From the NCBI GenBank assembly GCA_016795365.1, contig JAEUHN010000036.1, positions 93,163 through 157,162 on the forward strand: 64,000 nucleotides of DNA, read 5' to 3'. The DNA is from Verrucomicrobiaceae bacterium. GTDB lineage: Bacteria > Verrucomicrobiota > Verrucomicrobiia > Verrucomicrobiales > Verrucomicrobiaceae. The translations under genes were made by a program, and so were the position numbers. Below, in pieces: positions 60,606 through 64,000 of this stretch (positions are counted from its first letter, which is position 1; each line of letters begins with the position of its first letter). The notes under the pieces are model-generated. The model was not told where the DNA came from. It was given only the letters and a program-made list of their open reading frames with translations, and made no database searches.

Positions 60606-60833
60606 TGCCATGGCGTGCTCTGTGCATGTGAACGCATTGTCACGGTAGGTGTGTTGTGGAGTGGCATGGGTGCTGCTCCCTCATAGCACCCCCACATGCC
60701 CCTCACCCCCTCGCCGCTTCCCTCAGGGCGTGCGATTCGTGAAGACTCAGAACGAGTCACCACGGAATGTCCACGCCCTGAAGACTACCTTCGTTGCTCA
60801 GTGACGGTGCGAGCTCTGCTCGTTGCTGTCGTC

Positions 60834-62618
60834 ATGTTAGGTGCTGAACTTTGTTCGATCGCTGCGACGATCACCTGGGACGGCAATGGCAGCAACAGCA
60901 ACTCCGCGTGGATCTCGACTACCAACTGGAATCCCGACTCCACGCTCCGCGCCGGTGGTGCTCCCACGAGCACCGATATCGCGGAGTTCGCAGGTGTGGG
61001 TCTCGCGGCTTCCATTGGCATCAACTTCAATGGCACGACGAACAACGGCACAGGGGCTCAGATCGTGGGTCAGATTCTGCAGAGCGGAGGCGCCTCAAGA
61101 ACCATCGGTAGCAGCACGACCATTGTGGATGGAGTGCTCACCATCGCAGGCGTGGGAGGTGTTTTGATTGCCAACACCAGCTCGAACAGTCTCACCCTGG
61201 CGCCCAATGTGGGAGCCGGGACAAAGTTGATGCAAGTTCAGTTTGGGTCCGTGGGCAACATTGATGTAACTGGCAGTGGTTTGGTCACGATTTCATCGGT
61301 CGTCGGAGGCAGTAACGGGTTCGTCAAAACAGGCAGTGGCCAGCTCGACCTTACGGGCATTAACACGCATACGGGCGTGACCACGCTGCGCGAAGGAACG
61401 TTGCGAGTGACGAGCATCACCTCGCTCGGTGCCTTGCCCGGATCGCCCACGACGACGGTGGTTCTCGAGGGTGGGACCTTGATCACCGATGTATCGAGCA
61501 GTTCGGGGGCGAATCGTGGTTTCGCTTTGGGACCCACCTCCGGGAGCGGTTCTGCGACCATTGAGGTGCCAAGCACCAGGAGCGTGACCATCGGAGGAAT
61601 CATCGCGAACAACGGAGCTGGCACGGGCGCGCTGATCAAGACGGGTGGTGGCACCCTGGCTCTGACAGGCACCAATACTTACACCGGGTCCACCACGGTG
61701 CTGGGTGGCACGCTCTCGGTGGATGCGGGCACGAGCATGGGCGCGGCTCCGTCGTCGCCGACGCCTGGCTTTCTCACGCTCAATGGTGGCACGCTGGTCT
61801 CGACCAACACTTTTGCTTTGTCATCGAATCGAGGCATTGGCATCGGAACGGCGGGCGGCACGATCAGTCCGCAATCGGCGACCACCTTGACCTATGGAGG
61901 TGTGATCGCTGACAGCGGCGGCCCTGGTGCTTTGACGATGGGAGGTGCGGGCACTCTGATTCTGACCGGGACCAATACTTACACCGGTGGGACGACGGTG
62001 AACGGCGGTGGAGTGCTGCAGGTGGGGAATGGGGGCACTGGCACGACGGGTGTGGGCGCTGTAAGTGTGAGCACGGGCTCCACGATCTTTGGGTCCGGAA
62101 CTCTGCGTGGGAACTCAAGCGTCACTCACACCTTCGCAGGAGCCGTTCGTCCAGGTGATCAGTCAACAGGTGCGACTCCGATGGCGAACCTGAAGGTGGA
62201 GGGAAATCTTACCTTCACGCCTGTCTCATCCACGTTCTTCGAGATTGGAAATCCAGCATCTTCGTATGACCGCATCACCGGCACGGTGGCGGGCACTTCA
62301 GCCACCCTTGATGGCACGATCAAGGTGGACTTCTCCAGCTACACGCCAACGGGTGGGGAGTCGTGGCGGTTGTTTGACTGGACGAGCTTGGTGACCACCG
62401 GTTTCAATTCTGGCACCTCCCTGCGCACGGGCGCCGATGGCGTGGACGAAGGTGATCTGGATCTTCCCGATATGAGTGCGCTCAGTTTGCGGTGGGATTT
62501 GTCGGGCTTTGCGTCCTCAGGAACGATCAGCCTGACGGTGATCCCTGAGCCCCGGCTGTCGATGCTGCTGGGTTTGGGGATGCTTTTGTTGGGGGGCAAG
62601 CGGGTGCGCGGGAAGTGA
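60834..62618 (+). CDS. PEP-CTERM-anchored surface protein with autotransporter-associated beta-strand repeats
   Basis: Repeats of the GGTLTLTGTNTYTGSTTV / GAGTLILTGTNTYTGGTTVNGG type. C-terminus VIPEPRLSMLLGLGMLLLGGKRVRGK (PEP motif, TM helix, basic tail). The true start may be an upstream GTG (about 60801). Confidence 0.75.
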   Translation: MLGAELCSIAATITWDGNGSNSNSAWISTTNWNPDSTLRAGGAPTSTDIAEFAGVGLAASIGINFNGTTNNGTGAQIVGQILQSGGASRTIGSSTTIVDGVLTIAGVGGVLIANTSSNSLTLAPNVGAGTKLMQVQFGSVGNIDVTGSGLVTISSVVGGSNGFVKTGSGQLDLTGINTHTGVTTLREGTLRVTSITSLGALPGSPTTTVVLEGGTLITDVSSSSGANRGFALGPTSGSGSATIEVPSTRSVTIGGIIANNGAGTGALIKTGGGTLALTGTNTYTGSTTVLGGTLSVDAGTSMGAAPSSPTPGFLTLNGGTLVSTNTFALSSNRGIGIGTAGGTISPQSATTLTYGGVIADSGGPGALTMGGAGTLILTGTNTYTGGTTVNGGGVLQVGNGGTGTTGVGAVSVSTGSTIFGSGTLRGNSSVTHTFAGAVRPGDQSTGATPMANLKVEGNLTFTPVSSTFFEIGNPASSYDRITGTVAGTSATLDGTIKVDFSSYTPTGGESWRLFDWTSLVTTGFNSGTSLRTGADGVDEGDLDLPDMSALSLRWDLSGFASSGTISLTVIPEPRLSMLLGLGMLLLGGKRVRGK

Positions 62619-62662
62619 TCGTTGAGGAGCAAGGTCGTCTCTGAACTCCGTATGAGAGGCGT

Positions 62663-63775
62663 ATGAAGTTTGTTCGTCTCCCTTTGGTTGGTCTGGCATC
62701 GTTGCCTTTGTTGGTGGCGTCGTGTTTGTTCGGTGAAGAGGCGGCTTGGTCCAGGATCAAACCGTTCTTCACTCCGCCTGCGGAGTTCGCGAAGCCGCTT
62801 GAATCACTTCGGTCACCATTGCTGTTCAAGGATGGCACGCCGGTGAAGACGAAGGATGACTGGCCACGACGGCGTGCCGAGATCTTGAAGTCGTGGACCA
62901 GCCTCATCGGCGAGTGGCCGCCCTTGATCGAGCGTCCCATGGTGGAAAAGCTCGAAAGCACCAAGCGGGAGAACTTTACCCAGCATAAGATTCGTGTGGA
63001 GGTGACGAAAGGGATGATGCTGGCGGGCTATCTTCTCGTGCCCGAAGGCAAGGGGCCTTTCCCCGCCGTGGTGGTGCCCTACTACGACCCTGAAACCAGC
63101 GTGGGATTAACAGACAAACCGTTGAGAGACTTCGCGCTTCAGCTCACCCGTCGCGGCTTCGTCAGCATCGCTGTGGGCTCACCCGGAGGCGATGCGCGCA
63201 AGCCCGACCTCGCGGGCGTGAAGTGCCAGCCGCTCATGTTCCTCGGCTACATCGCGGCCAATTGCTATAACGCTCTGGCTTCCATGCCCGAAGTCGATGC
63301 GAAGCGCGTGGGCATCGTGGGGCATTCGTATGGCGGGAAGTGGTCGATGTTCGGGTCCTGCTTCCATGAAAAGTTTGCGTGCGCGGTCTGGTCCGATCCA
63401 GGCATTGTATTTGATGAAGCACGAGGCAGCGTAAACTACTGGGAACCCTGGTATCTGGGTCTTGAATCAGGCCGCACGCGCAAGCCTGGCCTGATCACGC
63501 CTGAAAGCCCGCGCACGGGGCCGTATGTGAAGCTTGTGGAGCAGGGGCATGATCTTCACGAGCTGCACGCCCTGATGGCTCCGCGGCCCTTCTTGGTATC
63601 CGGAGGTTCGGAAGATTTCCCGTCACGCTGGCGTGCCTTGGGACACGCAATCGCAGTCAACGATCTGTTGGGTGTCAAAGAGCGTGTGGCGATGACAAAC
63701 CGTCCCGAGCATCCGCCCACGGAGGAGTCCAATGCGCAGATCTATGCCTTCTTCGAGCACTTCCTGAAGCGGTGA
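62663..63775 (+). CDS. Secreted alpha/beta-hydrolase (esterase, acetyl-xylan-esterase/dienelactone-hydrolase-like)
   Basis: Signal peptide MKFVRLPLVGLASLPLLVASC. Nucleophile elbow GHSYGG. Downstream HxL (HELHALMAP) catalytic His region. Confidence 0.65.
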   Translation: MKFVRLPLVGLASLPLLVASCLFGEEAAWSRIKPFFTPPAEFAKPLESLRSPLLFKDGTPVKTKDDWPRRRAEILKSWTSLIGEWPPLIERPMVEKLESTKRENFTQHKIRVEVTKGMMLAGYLLVPEGKGPFPAVVVPYYDPETSVGLTDKPLRDFALQLTRRGFVSIAVGSPGGDARKPDLAGVKCQPLMFLGYIAANCYNALASMPEVDAKRVGIVGHSYGGKWSMFGSCFHEKFACAVWSDPGIVFDEARGSVNYWEPWYLGLESGRTRKPGLITPESPRTGPYVKLVEQGHDLHELHALMAPRPFLVSGGSEDFPSRWRALGHAIAVNDLLGVKERVAMTNRPEHPPTEESNAQIYAFFEHFLKR

Positions 63776-63796
63776 ACTGCGAGGCACAAAAAACAA

Positions 63797-63818
63797 GGGC
63801 GGGCCCAGAGGCCCGCCC
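63797..63818. terminator. Bidirectional rho-independent terminator between the esterase gene and convergent tsf
   Basis: GGGCGGGCC-cagag-GCCCGCCC perfect 9/8-bp GC stem, flanked by an A-run upstream and T-rich sequence downstream. Confidence 0.6.
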
Positions 63819-63850
63819 TTGCGAAGGATTCGTGAATCGAGAGTCGCGTC

Positions 63851-64000
63851 TTAGACTTCTTCGCCCACGGCGTAGCGGACGAAGCGGCGGACGTTGATGT
63901 TCTCGCCCATTTCAGCGATCTTGGACTTCACGAAGTCGGTGATCGTTTGGTCAGGGTTCTTGATGAAAGGCTGCTCCATGAGGCAGGCGCTGGCGTAGAA
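63851..64000 (-). CDS. tsf: Elongation factor Ts, C-terminal fragment (gene continues past the window edge)
   Basis: Reverse-strand translation ...LMEQPFIKNPDQTITDFVKSKIAEMGENINVRRFVRYAVGEEV* matches the conserved EF-Ts C-terminus (LLEQPFVKDP...VxRFxVGEG). Confidence 0.55.
   Translation of the reverse strand, partial: FYASACLMEQPFIKNPDQTITDFVKSKIAEMGENINVRRFVRYAVGEEV

Overview
This is a high-GC (~62%) chromosomal window, almost certainly from a Verrucomicrobia/PVC-group bacterium. The evidence for that is a PSCyt1/DUF1549/DUF1553 protein, a PEP-CTERM protein with autotransporter-associated beta-strand repeats, Tat-signal Gfo/Idh/MocA and amidohydrolase proteins, and SHD1-domain esterases. 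Most of the window is housekeeping: gcvP, gcvH, nuoD, mnmG, pdhA, tRNA-His, rnc, aroC, gmhB, leuCD, a CBS-type family II pyrophosphatase, fcl, a squalene-synthase-family gene and a partial tsf. Around these sit many secreted carbohydrate-active and hydrolase genes. I found no rRNA, CRISPR array, transposase or integrase. The main candidate for an undescribed system is a tightly coupled 4-gene operon at 30303-38873 on the + strand. It encodes a YqiJ/NfeD-like membrane protein, a YqiK-type flotillin, a 1683-aa giant protein with a C-terminal MoxR/AAA_5-like ATPase domain, and a CorA-like two-TM protein with a degenerate GMN motif. The operon sits in opposite orientation between gcvP and gcvH, which share a strand, so it looks like an inserted cassette. 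Other points of interest are listed below.
- A putative MurNAc-salvage locus: an MFS permease next to a BadF-type kinase fused to the MurQ etherase.
- An in-frame 66-bp tandem duplication in gcvP.
- A second, orphan SPFH protein with four N-terminal repeats.
- A ~230-bp nested inverted-repeat element (MITE or structured RNA).
- A perfect 18-bp palindrome between mnmG and pdhA, with a 19-bp copy inside mnmG.
- A CRP-consensus site upstream of an orphan nuoD.
- A low-GC hypothetical secreted gene divergent from a LysR regulator.
Start codons were chosen by signal-peptide or homology logic. Coordinates derived from ORF frames may be off by a codon.
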